Part shown: positions 22,065-30,931 of the stretch, one piece after another
Layout: each line of letters opens with the position of its first letter
How positions within the stretch are numbered: the first letter of the stretch is position 1
NCBI GenBank assembly: GCA_002457075.1
Contig: NTKQ01000001.1
Span: 22,079-86,078 of the forward strand
Direction of reading: 5' to 3'
DNA from: Cryomorphaceae bacterium MED-G11
GTDB taxonomy: Bacteria; Bacteroidota; Bacteroidia; Flavobacteriales; Flavobacteriaceae
Length of the DNA stretch: 64,000 nucleotides
The notes under the pieces: generated by a model
Databases searched by the model: none
Told to the model about the DNA's origin: nothing
What the model saw: only the letters and a program-made list of their open reading frames with translations
Translations under genes and position numbers: made by a program

Positions 22065-22072
22065 TATATTTG
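22065..22072 (+). promoter_or_regulatory. Candidate -7 promoter box (TATATTTG) upstream of folD
   Basis: Exact TAnnTTTG match 14 nt before the folD ATG. Confidence 0.35.
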
Positions 22073-22085
22073 AAAAAAGTTCAAT

Positions 22086-22961
22086 ATGAAAATCATTGAT
22101 GGAAAAAAAGTATCTAACGAAGTTTTAGATGAAATTAAATTAGCTGTCCAGAATAGAAAAAAACTAAACTTAAAAATTCCACATTTGGCTGCAGTTCTAG
22201 TTGGAGACGATGGTCCAAGTCAAACCTATGTTAACAGTAAAATTAGAGCATGTGAAAGAGTTGGTTTTGAATCTTCACTTTTTCAATTTGATAAATCAAT
22301 AACTGAGTATGAACTTATTTCTGAAATTGAAAAAATAAATGTTAATGATGATATTGATGGTTTTATAGTTCAACTTCCACTTCCAAAGGGAATTAATCAA
22401 GAAAATATACTTAATAAAGTTCTGCCTAAAAAAGATGTTGATGGCTTTAATCCAATTAATTATGGAAAAATGGCTTTAGGGATTGAAACTTTTTTACCAG
22501 CAACACCAGCAGGAATAATTGAATTAATTAAAAGATATAGTATCGATTTAAAAGGTAAAAAATGTTTAGTAATTGGAAGAAGTCAAATAGTAGGGCGTCC
22601 TATAAGTATTTTACTAAGTCAAAATAAAATTTTTGGAAATGCAACTGTAACTGTAGCTCATAGTAGATCTAATAATTTAAAAGAAATATGTCTGGATTCT
22701 GATATGATTATTTCTGCTATTGGTATTCCAGAGTTTATTAAGAAGGATATGATCAAACCAGGGTCAATAATTATTGACGTTGGAATATGTAGAGTCAAAG
22801 ATGATAACTCTTTAAAAGGGTATAGAATTGTAGGTGATGTTGACTTTGAAAGTGTCTATGATAAGGTTAGTCTAATTACTCCTGTTCCTGGAGGAGTTGG
22901 ACCAATGACAATTTCTATGTTATTGAAAAATACTCTTAGGGCTTCTAGCCTAAATGATTAA
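22086..22961 (+). CDS. folD: Bifunctional methylenetetrahydrofolate dehydrogenase / methenyltetrahydrofolate cyclohydrolase
   Basis: MKIIDGKKVS..., PHLAAVLVGDDGPSQTYVNSKIRACERVG, VQLPLP, DVDGF, PATPAGI, VIGRSQIVGRP, TPVPGGVGPMT are FolD hallmarks. Confidence 0.95.
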   Translation: MKIIDGKKVSNEVLDEIKLAVQNRKKLNLKIPHLAAVLVGDDGPSQTYVNSKIRACERVGFESSLFQFDKSITEYELISEIEKINVNDDIDGFIVQLPLPKGINQENILNKVLPKKDVDGFNPINYGKMALGIETFLPATPAGIIELIKRYSIDLKGKKCLVIGRSQIVGRPISILLSQNKIFGNATVTVAHSRSNNLKEICLDSDMIISAIGIPEFIKKDMIKPGSIIIDVGICRVKDDNSLKGYRIVGDVDFESVYDKVSLITPVPGGVGPMTISMLLKNTLRASSLND

Positions 22962-23831
22962 TTATTCAATTTTGTTCATTAAGCTGTAAATCTTTAAAAT
23001 TAACAGACCAAAAAGAACACTTGAAACTATCAATAATAGGTTTGTTAAGCCTGTTGATGAAAATGAAAGTCTTATAAGAATTGTGCAAATTATAAACCCA
23101 GTGTTTCTCATAATCTGACTATATCTCTCAGTATAAAGAAAAGAAAGAAGTAAAATAAATACATCTGCAATAATCAGTATTGAAAAAAATGTATTGTAGA
23201 AAACTTCATTTACATAATAAAATGAACTGGCAAAGTTAGAGTCCATTCCGATTGAGTACCAGTTGTAAATACCAATTATAAATAAACATAACATTACAGG
23301 AATTAATGCAATGCTAATAATTTTTTTAGAATCAATAAATTTAGTTATACTCTTATTACCTTTCTTATTTTCGATTCTAGATTTAACAAGGTTAAATAGA
23401 TATATAAGAAAGAAAAGAATTAAAATACAAATTAGATCATAAGTAATTTGAAGATTATCAGGGTTATTAAACCAATTGTCAGAATCAAGATCAAGTTTAG
23501 GAATATCATAAAAAATCCTTCTAATAATTATTAATGAGATAATCTCAAATTGTTTTAGAATAGAAGTTGTAAATGATCTAGGTAAAAAATATATCAATAA
23601 AAAAATCTCATAATATAGTATGATTGAGAAAGGTGTGTATATGGCAGATATTGGATTTGTAAGCAATAAACTCTCATTTCCGATATTTATTATTGAATAA
23701 TTATTTAAAAGAACCAAAGATAAATGAAAGATAAATCCAATAGTAGCTGACCAAATTGTAAAGCTTTCTATAATCTTTCTATTTCCCTCTGAGAAGATTC
23801 CATCAAAAAATTTAGATCCAATTTTAAGCAT
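22962..23831 (-). CDS. Hypothetical polytopic membrane protein (about eight hydrophobic segments)
   Basis: 289-aa ORF, very hydrophobic, with no motif I can assign to a family. Its stop abuts the folD stop with zero spacer. It is followed 2 nt downstream by the VOC-family gene on the same strand. Confidence 0.6.
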   Translation of the reverse strand: MLKIGSKFFDGIFSEGNRKIIESFTIWSATIGFIFHLSLVLLNNYSIINIGNESLLLTNPISAIYTPFSIILYYEIFLLIYFLPRSFTTSILKQFEIISLIIIRRIFYDIPKLDLDSDNWFNNPDNLQITYDLICILILFFLIYLFNLVKSRIENKKGNKSITKFIDSKKIISIALIPVMLCLFIIGIYNWYSIGMDSNFASSFYYVNEVFYNTFFSILIIADVFILLLSFLYTERYSQIMRNTGFIICTILIRLSFSSTGLTNLLLIVSSVLFGLLILKIYSLMNKIE

Positions 23832-23833
23832 AA

Positions 23834-24262
23834 TTATATTTTAGTTGAAAATAGCATGTTCATGTCTTTAAATGATTTGAATTCGAGAGCATTTCCTGAA
23901 TTATCATAAAAAAACATTGTCTTCTGTTCACCTGGAAGTCCTTCAAACCTTATGTAGGGCTCTATAGTAAATTGAATCTTATTTACTGATAAAGATTCAG
24001 CAAATTTGTCAAAATCATCCCATGGAATAACAACTCCAAAATGAGGAATTGGAACAGACTTTCCGTCAACTTCGTTATGGTGAGCTTTTACATTATGATT
24101 AGGATCTACATGAATGACTAATTGATGTCCAAAAAAGTTATAATCTGCCCATTCATTAGATTCTCTACCTGGTTTACATCCTAAGATATTTTTGTAAAAA
24201 TTTTTTGATTCAGATAAATCCTTAACCGGAATTGCAAGATGAAAAGGTGATAATTTTGTCAT
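23834..24262 (-). CDS. Glyoxalase/bleomycin-resistance/extradiol-dioxygenase (VOC) family protein
   Basis: MTKLSPFHLAIPVKDLSESKNFYKNILGCK...HFGVVI...LEFKSF is the pattern of a small VOC-fold protein. ATG at 24262 chosen, because the longer track start (24313) would overlap the upstream gene. Confidence 0.7.
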   Translation of the reverse strand: MTKLSPFHLAIPVKDLSESKNFYKNILGCKPGRESNEWADYNFFGHQLVIHVDPNHNVKAHHNEVDGKSVPIPHFGVVIPWDDFDKFAESLSVNKIQFTIEPYIRFEGLPGEQKTMFFYDNSGNALEFKSFKDMNMLFSTKI

Positions 24263-24269
24263 AATTAAT

Positions 24270-25445
24270 TCAATATAATAAATATTTCTTTCTAATTTTT
24301 TTAAACTTTTCAAGACCCTCTAACCATGAGTCTCTTATGATAGATTCTTGTATTCCATTTTTAATTTGATCCTGAAGTTTGGAAGATCCAGATAACTTAT
24401 TAAAATCACTTCTAAAAAAATTCTCTTTATCTTTAATTTGGTTATATGAATTTATAAGCCATTTAAGTTCAATTCTATTTCCTGTTTTATAATTTCTAAG
24501 ATCTTCACCATTGGATTTAATTCCATTTAGTTTTGGATTTTGACTTCCAAAATTAGGTTTAGGAATAAAACTAAATTTTTCATTAAAGTCAGGATGTCCA
24601 TATATTTGAAATTGAGTTTTAGTTCCTCTTCCAACGCTTACTTCAGTTTTTTCAAGAAAAGCTAAGCTGGGATATAGATATATTGATTGAATATTTGGAA
24701 GGTTAGGGGATGGTCTAATATTAGGCTCATATTTTAATTTATGATTATAGTTTTTGATTTTTATCACCTCTAAATTAGCTTTTAGGTTATTTTCTAACCA
24801 CCCTTCACCATTTATCATTTTTCCATATTCCCCAATTGTCATTCCATAAACAATAGGGACTGGGTGTAATCCTATAAAGCTTTTATTTTTAAGATCTAAA
24901 ATAGGTCCATCAATATAAAAAGAGTTTGGATTTGGTCTATCTAATATTATTAGTTTCTTATTAGTCCTTGAAACTGACTCCATTGCATAATGAAGAGTTG
25001 ATAAATATGTATAAAATCTAACCCCAACATCTTGTATGTCAAAAATCAATATATCAATGTTCTTAATATCATTATCATTAATTCTTCTATTTTTTCCATA
25101 TAAAGAAATAACTTCTATTGATTTGTAGAATCCATTATCTATTTTTTCTCCATCATCTTTATCACCTAAAAATCCATGTTCAGGGCTAAATATTTTTTCT
25201 ATTTTAATACCTCTTTTTATTAAAGTGTCAATTAAATGAATATCTGAATTGTTAGATCTAATTACGCTGGTATTATTAGCAATTACTGCTACCTTTTTAT
25301 CTAATAACTTATCTATATATAGGTTAGTCCTCTCTGATCCTGGTATAATATTTTGAGAATAAGCAGAGGTGAGTGATAAATAAACGAGTGTAAATAAAAG
25401 TGTATTTTTGATTAAAATATTTAATTTGAATTTACCCTTTTTCAT
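24270..25445 (-). CDS. DUF1343 family protein (NamZ-like exo-beta-N-acetylmuramidase), secreted
   Basis: N-terminal signal peptide, then VAVIANNTSV, IFSPEHGFLGD, FDIQDVGVRFYTYLSTL, ILDRPNP motifs that I recognise from the DUF1343/YzbB/NamZ family. Confidence 0.75.
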   Translation of the reverse strand: MKKGKFKLNILIKNTLLFTLVYLSLTSAYSQNIIPGSERTNLYIDKLLDKKVAVIANNTSVIRSNNSDIHLIDTLIKRGIKIEKIFSPEHGFLGDKDDGEKIDNGFYKSIEVISLYGKNRRINDNDIKNIDILIFDIQDVGVRFYTYLSTLHYAMESVSRTNKKLIILDRPNPNSFYIDGPILDLKNKSFIGLHPVPIVYGMTIGEYGKMINGEGWLENNLKANLEVIKIKNYNHKLKYEPNIRPSPNLPNIQSIYLYPSLAFLEKTEVSVGRGTKTQFQIYGHPDFNEKFSFIPKPNFGSQNPKLNGIKSNGEDLRNYKTGNRIELKWLINSYNQIKDKENFFRSDFNKLSGSSKLQDQIKNGIQESIIRDSWLEGLEKFKKIRKKYLLY

Positions 25446-26658
25446 TTACAGAAAGTTAAGATCTAGTAATGATAAAAGTAATATATCATCCCGTATAATA
25501 AAAATAGCAGTTATTTCTGTTTTTCTTGGGGTGTTTGTTTCGTTATCTGCTATTTCTATTGGTAAAGGACTTCAAATTGCAATTAAAGACAAACTTTACA
25601 GTCTAAGCCCTGATTTAGTTATATCGACATATGAAAATAATTCTCGTGGAATAGCTTCAGAAAAAATAAACAATTTTGAATCTGTTAATAGTGAAATAAA
25701 AAATGCCTTTCCGGCCATAAAATTTGAAAAAATAATAGAAAAACCAACTTTAATTTCAGTAGATAATTCATTTGAAACGGTTATTTTTAGGGGAGTTAAT
25801 AATGGATATAATTTTAGAGATTTTAATAACTTTATAATTGGGTCAAAGATTAAAAATGATATTACTAATAATGAGATAATTATTTCAAAATCATTATCTG
25901 ATAAACTCAAAATTTCAGTAGGACAAATTCTTACCCTTTATTTTCAAGTAAATAATAATCAAAGGATTCCCAATGTAAGGTCATTTAATGTCTCTTATAT
26001 ATATGAAACTGATTTTCCAGATTATGATAATAATTATATAATTGGAAATCTAGAAACACTCCAAAATGTATATAAATGGAGTAAAAATGATTATGCAAAC
26101 ATAGAAATATCAATAGAAGATAAATCACAAATTTCATTAATTGAGAAGTCTATATCCTTGTTAAGTTCTTTTGAAAAAAATAATCTTTCTACTAAAACAG
26201 TTCAATCTAAATACACAAATATTTTTAGTTGGATTTCAATTTTTGATTTCAATATTTTGATAATTACATTCCTGATGATTTTAGTTGCAATAATTAGTGT
26301 AGTAATCTCCTTATTTATTTTGATTTTTGAAAGGATAAAAATGATTGGAATCTTGACTTCCATGGGGTCAACTAATAATTCTTTAAGTAGAATATTTATA
26401 TATCAGGGAATTGAAATTGTGTTAACAGGAATGATTCCTGCAAATATTTTATTTTTTACTATTTCAGTAATTCAAAATAGTTATGGATTTCTTAAGCTTA
26501 ATCCAAATGATTACTATGTTGAAACAATACCTTTTTTTCTAGAACCTTATTATATTATTTCTTTAAATTTAATTTTTATTATAATAAGTATTATTGTTCT
26601 ATCTATTACTTTTGTTTCAATTACAAGATTTACTCCTAAATTAAATATTAATTCTTAA
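25408..26658 (+). CDS. FtsX-like ABC transporter permease (LolC/LolE family)
   Basis: N-terminal FFIYRKLRS...SRIIKIAVISVFLGV, a large periplasmic loop, and a C-terminal FtsX domain (ERIKMIGILTSMGSTNNSLSRIFIYQG). The start is uncertain (TTG 25408 or TTG 25426). Either one overlaps the 5' end of the divergent gene. Confidence 0.8.
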   Translation: MIKIFNLNLPFFIYRKLRSSNDKSNISSRIIKIAVISVFLGVFVSLSAISIGKGLQIAIKDKLYSLSPDLVISTYENNSRGIASEKINNFESVNSEIKNAFPAIKFEKIIEKPTLISVDNSFETVIFRGVNNGYNFRDFNNFIIGSKIKNDITNNEIIISKSLSDKLKISVGQILTLYFQVNNNQRIPNVRSFNVSYIYETDFPDYDNNYIIGNLETLQNVYKWSKNDYANIEISIEDKSQISLIEKSISLLSSFEKNNLSTKTVQSKYTNIFSWISIFDFNILIITFLMILVAIISVVISLFILIFERIKMIGILTSMGSTNNSLSRIFIYQGIEIVLTGMIPANILFFTISVIQNSYGFLKLNPNDYYVETIPFFLEPYYIISLNLIFIIISIIVLSITFVSITRFTPKLNINS

Positions 26659-27636
26659 ATGAAATACTACAATAATATTTTAGAGACTATTGGTAACACT
26701 CCTTTGATTAAATTGAATAATATTACCAAATCGTTGAATTCTGATGTCTTTGTTAAGGTTGAAAGTTTTAATCCTGGGAATTCTGTAAAGGATAGAATGG
26801 CGGTTAAAATGATCGAAGATGCAGAGAAGGAAGGGAAAATAAATCCTGGAGGAACTATAGTGGAAGGAACATCAGGAAATACTGGAATGGGTCTTGCATT
26901 AGCTGCTATAGTCAAAGGGTATAAGTTAATATGTGTTTCTAATGACAAACAATCAAAAGAAAAATTTGATGTTTTAAGAGCAATGGGAGCAAAGGTCATC
27001 GTATGTCCTACTAATGTTGAGGCCAGTGATCCAAGATCTTATTACTCAGTTTCAAAAAGAATTTCTGAAGAAACACAAAATTCATGGTATGTGAATCAAT
27101 ATGACAATCCGTCAAATGCAATTGCACATTATGAATCAACAGGCCCAGAAATTTGGAAACAAACGGATGGTAAAATTGACCACTTTGTAGTTGGTGTCGG
27201 AACTGGAGGAACAATTTCTGGAGTAGGGAAATTTTTAAAGGAAAAGAAACCTAGCGTTAAAATATGGGGCATTGACACTTATGGATCTGTTTTTAAAAAA
27301 TATCATGAAACAGGTGTCTTTGATGAAAATGAAATCTATCCATATTCCACTGAAGGTATTGGAGAGGATATTCTGCCAAAAAATGTTGATTTTAATGTAA
27401 TTGATTGTTTTGAGAAAGTTACAGACAAAGATGCTGCACTTTACACAAGAAAGTTGGCAAGAGAAGAAGGTATCTTTGCTGGAAATTCTTGTGGAGCTGC
27501 AATTGCTGGAGTTATTCAGTTAAAAGATAATTTTAAAGAAAATGAAGTTGTAGTTGCACTGCTGCATGATTCTGGAAGTAGATACATTGGTAAGATTTAT
27601 AATGATGAATGGATGAAAGAAAAAGGGTTTATTTAA
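26659..27636 (+). CDS. PLP-dependent cysteine synthase family protein (CysK/CysM/CBS-like)
   Basis: IGNTPLIKLN..., KVESFNPGNSVKDRMA (PLP lysine), GTSGNTGMGLA, GVGTGGTISG motifs. 325 aa, no CBS domains. Confidence 0.88.
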   Translation: MKYYNNILETIGNTPLIKLNNITKSLNSDVFVKVESFNPGNSVKDRMAVKMIEDAEKEGKINPGGTIVEGTSGNTGMGLALAAIVKGYKLICVSNDKQSKEKFDVLRAMGAKVIVCPTNVEASDPRSYYSVSKRISEETQNSWYVNQYDNPSNAIAHYESTGPEIWKQTDGKIDHFVVGVGTGGTISGVGKFLKEKKPSVKIWGIDTYGSVFKKYHETGVFDENEIYPYSTEGIGEDILPKNVDFNVIDCFEKVTDKDAALYTRKLAREEGIFAGNSCGAAIAGVIQLKDNFKENEVVVALLHDSGSRYIGKIYNDEWMKEKGFI

Positions 27637-28973
27637 TCTCTAAAAGTTCCTTTAGGAAATGAAACTAGACTCTCGAATCCCTTTGAATTGACTGTTGAAA
27701 TTCCAAAAATAAAATTATCAATAACAATCCCATCAAGAGTATAATTATTTAATTTACCTAATAACCTACTATTATCCCAGGTTGATGAGGTAGTTTCACG
27801 CCAATAAATTTTATATCCGCTAATTGAGTCATCATCAGGATGATCCCATCTAAATTTAACACTAGGTTCAACAATGCCTCCAATTTTTAGATTTTCAGGA
27901 GGTTTAGGAGAAGATGCTAGAGTTGCTAATGAAATCACATTTACTGCTGTTAGTTTTGCAGCATAATTAAAATCTACTCCTGATATTACATCACCATAAT
28001 TTATTCCATTTTCAACTCTTATATCATTATGTTGTCTATTATAGTTTTCATGAGCTTCCATAATTCTAATTCCTGCAATTCCTTCATCATTAAAAGGTCT
28101 ATGGTGACCACCTCTGCCAAATCGATCTAATCTGTAGATCATAATTGGGTTTAATTCAGGCATATATTTTTTAACGGTTTTATGAATATGTCTTGCAAGT
28201 TGTCTAGAATCTCCATCATTTTCTCCACCACCAGTTCTCATATTAAGTTCAGTAGAATATTTTGGGTTGAAAAAAAATGGTTCTGAAAAAATTCTAAAGC
28301 TCCTATTGTCAATCACACCATCAACACCTTCAATGTTTCCAATCATATCATTATTAAGGATACCAATTACGTCCCATCCATTTTTTTTAGCATATTTAGC
28401 TAAACTTTGTCCTCCAAACAATCCTTGTTCTTCTCCGCTTAATCCAACATAAATAATACTATTATCAAATTTATATTTTGTTAAAATTCTTGCAGCTTCA
28501 ATAGTACCAGCCATTCCGCTTGCATTATCATTAGCTCCTGGTGAATCATCTTTATAGTTAAGAGGATCTGAAATTCTAGAATCAATATCTCCACTCATTA
28601 TAATGAACCTATTAGGATGTTTTGTACCTCTTTGAATTGCAACAACATTATAAATCCATGTTGGAAAAACAATTCTATCACCTTTTGTTACATAACTTTT
28701 TTCATAAAAAACTTCCAAACATTTATTGCATTCACTTGAAATTGTTTCAAATTCCTTTTTAATCCATCTTCGTGCAGCTCCTATTCCTCTTTTATCTGAA
28801 ATTGTATCGCTTAGGGTATGTCTGGTCCCAAAGGATACTAGTTTTGTAATATCCTTCTCTATTCTTTCTGATGAAACTTCATCAATAATATTATATATCA
28901 TTGAATCTTGAGCAAACAAATTTGATTGCCCGACCATAAGAAAAAGTATGATTATAAGGTATAATTTACTCAC
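27633..28973 (-). CDS. Secreted M28 family metallopeptidase with C-terminal fibronectin type III-like domain
   Basis: Signal peptide; M28 zinc-ligand blocks (SGDIDSR, GANDNASGMAG, LSGEEQGLFGG, NNDMIG); C-terminal PPENLKIG...KFRWDHPDDDSISGYKIYWRETTSSTW resembles FN3. Confidence 0.8.
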   Translation of the reverse strand: MSKLYLIIILFLMVGQSNLFAQDSMIYNIIDEVSSERIEKDITKLVSFGTRHTLSDTISDKRGIGAARRWIKKEFETISSECNKCLEVFYEKSYVTKGDRIVFPTWIYNVVAIQRGTKHPNRFIIMSGDIDSRISDPLNYKDDSPGANDNASGMAGTIEAARILTKYKFDNSIIYVGLSGEEQGLFGGQSLAKYAKKNGWDVIGILNNDMIGNIEGVDGVIDNRSFRIFSEPFFFNPKYSTELNMRTGGGENDGDSRQLARHIHKTVKKYMPELNPIMIYRLDRFGRGGHHRPFNDEGIAGIRIMEAHENYNRQHNDIRVENGINYGDVISGVDFNYAAKLTAVNVISLATLASSPKPPENLKIGGIVEPSVKFRWDHPDDDSISGYKIYWRETTSSTWDNSRLLGKLNNYTLDGIVIDNFIFGISTVNSKGFESLVSFPKGTFRD

Positions 28974-30763
28974 TAGAAACAGTATTTATTTTCTGAAATT
29001 AGTTTATTGGCAATTTTAGTTTTTAAATCAAACACATTAGGATTTTCAGAATAATGTAATTTTTCAGTAATTGATGAATATAGATCATCTTGGTCAGCGA
29101 CATCAATTATACTATTTATAACATCTCTAGATTTTTTTTGAACAATTTGAGTAGCTTCATATATATATAATCTTGTCATATTTGTTTGATCAGATTGATC
29201 TTCCATTGTTGTTCTTTCAATATTTTTAATAGTCCTTTTTAAAGTAGACTCAGAAAGGTAAGCCTCAATTGCAATATCAGATAGACTAAGAAGAACTTGT
29301 TGATTTTTATCTATTTCTGGTCCATACTTTTCAAAAGCTTTTCCTAAAAGTAAAAGAAAGATACTCTTAAAGTTTTCAACTAAAGTGATCTCATCATTCA
29401 GCACATCTGATTTTTCAGTTATTGATAGTTGTTTGTTATTAACTATATCCTGATAAGGAGTCATAATGTCAAGACTTCCTTTCATTGCTTTTTTTAACAG
29501 CATACCTATAATAAGCATTCTGTTTATTTCATTAGTTCCCTCATAAATTCTTCCAATTCTAGCATCTCTCCAGGCACTCTCAATTGGAGCTTCAGCAGAG
29601 AATCCCATTCCACCAAATATTTGTATACCTTCATCTGCACATATTTGCATATCTTCTGAAATAGCCACTTTTAAGATTGAACATTCTAATGCAAATTCTT
29701 CAACTCCTTTAAGTTCTGATTCTTGCTTATTAAACCCATTAGATTGATATTCGTCAATCTTTGATTGAACATCGCTTGCTGCTCTATAGCATGCTGATTC
29801 ACCCGCATAACAAGATGTAGCCATTGAACCTAATTTTTCTTTTATAGCTCCAAAATTAGAAATAGGTTGCTTGAATTGGATTCTGTTATTAGCATAATCT
29901 GTTGAAATAGAGATAGATCTTCTTTGACCATCTAAGTTTCCTGCACCTAGTTTTATTCTTCCTACATTAAGAGCGTTCATAGCTATTTTAAAACCACCAT
30001 TTCTCTCACCTAGAAGGTTTTCAACTGGTACTTTAGTTTCGGTAAAAAATACTTGTCTAGTTGAAGAAGAATGAATACCAAGTTTTTTTTCTTCTTCTCC
30101 TAATTTTATACCATTATTAGATTCGTTTGGAACAATGAAAGCAGTTATATTTTTATCATCTTCAATTCTTGCAAATACTATAAAAATTTCAGCAAATCCA
30201 GCATTTGAAATCCACATTTTTTGTCCTGATATCTTGTAATGTGATCCGTCTTCGCTAAGAACTGCCTTAGTCTTTCCAGAATTAGCATCTGAACCTGCTG
30301 TAGGTTCGGTTAAACAATATGAGCCAAACCATTCACCTGAGGCAAGTTTAGGAAGATATTTTTGTTTTTGATTCTCATTTCCAAATAAATAGATTGGTAG
30401 AATTGCAATTCCAGTATGAGCTCCATATGCAGTAGCAACAGAACCTGTAGTTCCTGAAACATAATCAACTGCAAGCATGGTAGACACAAAATCCATTCCC
30501 ATACCTCCATATTTTTCTTCTAAGGAAACTCCTAACAATCCAAGGTCTCCTATTTTTTTCATAGCCTGAACAGTTAAATCATAATTTTTTTCTTCATACT
30601 TCATTTTATCAGGCCAAATTTCTCTATCCATAAAATCAACTATAGTTTCTTTCATCATTAGTTGTTCTTCTGAGAAATCTTCAGGGGTAAAAATTTCATT
30701 TGATAGAGATTCTTTCAAAAGAAATTCTCCACCATTAAGCTTTAATTTATTTTCTGTAGGCAT
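28973..30763 (-). CDS. Acyl-CoA dehydrogenase (long, about 600-aa type)
   Basis: SYCLTEPTAGSDA, KMWISNAG, QIFGGMGFS, YEGTNEI motifs of the ACAD family plus a C-terminal extension. 1-nt overlap with the downstream M28 gene start. Confidence 0.9.
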   Translation of the reverse strand: MPTENKLKLNGGEFLLKESLSNEIFTPEDFSEEQLMMKETIVDFMDREIWPDKMKYEEKNYDLTVQAMKKIGDLGLLGVSLEEKYGGMGMDFVSTMLAVDYVSGTTGSVATAYGAHTGIAILPIYLFGNENQKQKYLPKLASGEWFGSYCLTEPTAGSDANSGKTKAVLSEDGSHYKISGQKMWISNAGFAEIFIVFARIEDDKNITAFIVPNESNNGIKLGEEEKKLGIHSSSTRQVFFTETKVPVENLLGERNGGFKIAMNALNVGRIKLGAGNLDGQRRSISISTDYANNRIQFKQPISNFGAIKEKLGSMATSCYAGESACYRAASDVQSKIDEYQSNGFNKQESELKGVEEFALECSILKVAISEDMQICADEGIQIFGGMGFSAEAPIESAWRDARIGRIYEGTNEINRMLIIGMLLKKAMKGSLDIMTPYQDIVNNKQLSITEKSDVLNDEITLVENFKSIFLLLLGKAFEKYGPEIDKNQQVLLSLSDIAIEAYLSESTLKRTIKNIERTTMEDQSDQTNMTRLYIYEATQIVQKKSRDVINSIIDVADQDDLYSSITEKLHYSENPNVFDLKTKIANKLISENKYCF

Positions 30764-30838
30764 ATTTTTTTTCTTAGATTTTAAATTTCGTTTTTTTAAT
30801 ATTTACACTTTTAAAATATTATTAATTTTTACAATGGC

Positions 30839-30846
30839 CAAAATTA
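30839..30846 (-). promoter_or_regulatory. Candidate -7 promoter box (TAATTTTG on minus strand) upstream of the acyl-CoA dehydrogenase gene
   Basis: The plus strand reads CAAAATTA, the reverse complement of TAnnTTTG, 76 nt upstream of the ATG at 30763. Confidence 0.25.
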
Positions 30847-30931
30847 ATATTTATTTATAAATACTTAACAATCAATATTATATATCATAATAATAGCTAT
30901 TTCTAGATGTAAAAAAAATTGACTTTAAAAT

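Noticed and set aside
30764-30931. This is the largest intergenic gap in the window. I examined it for a tRNA, riboswitch, small RNA or small ORF.
   Set aside because: It is almost pure A/T with no convincing stems and no tRNA-like arms. The only ORF is an 8-codon one. It most likely holds just the promoter/leader of the acyl-CoA dehydrogenase gene and the 3' end of purL.
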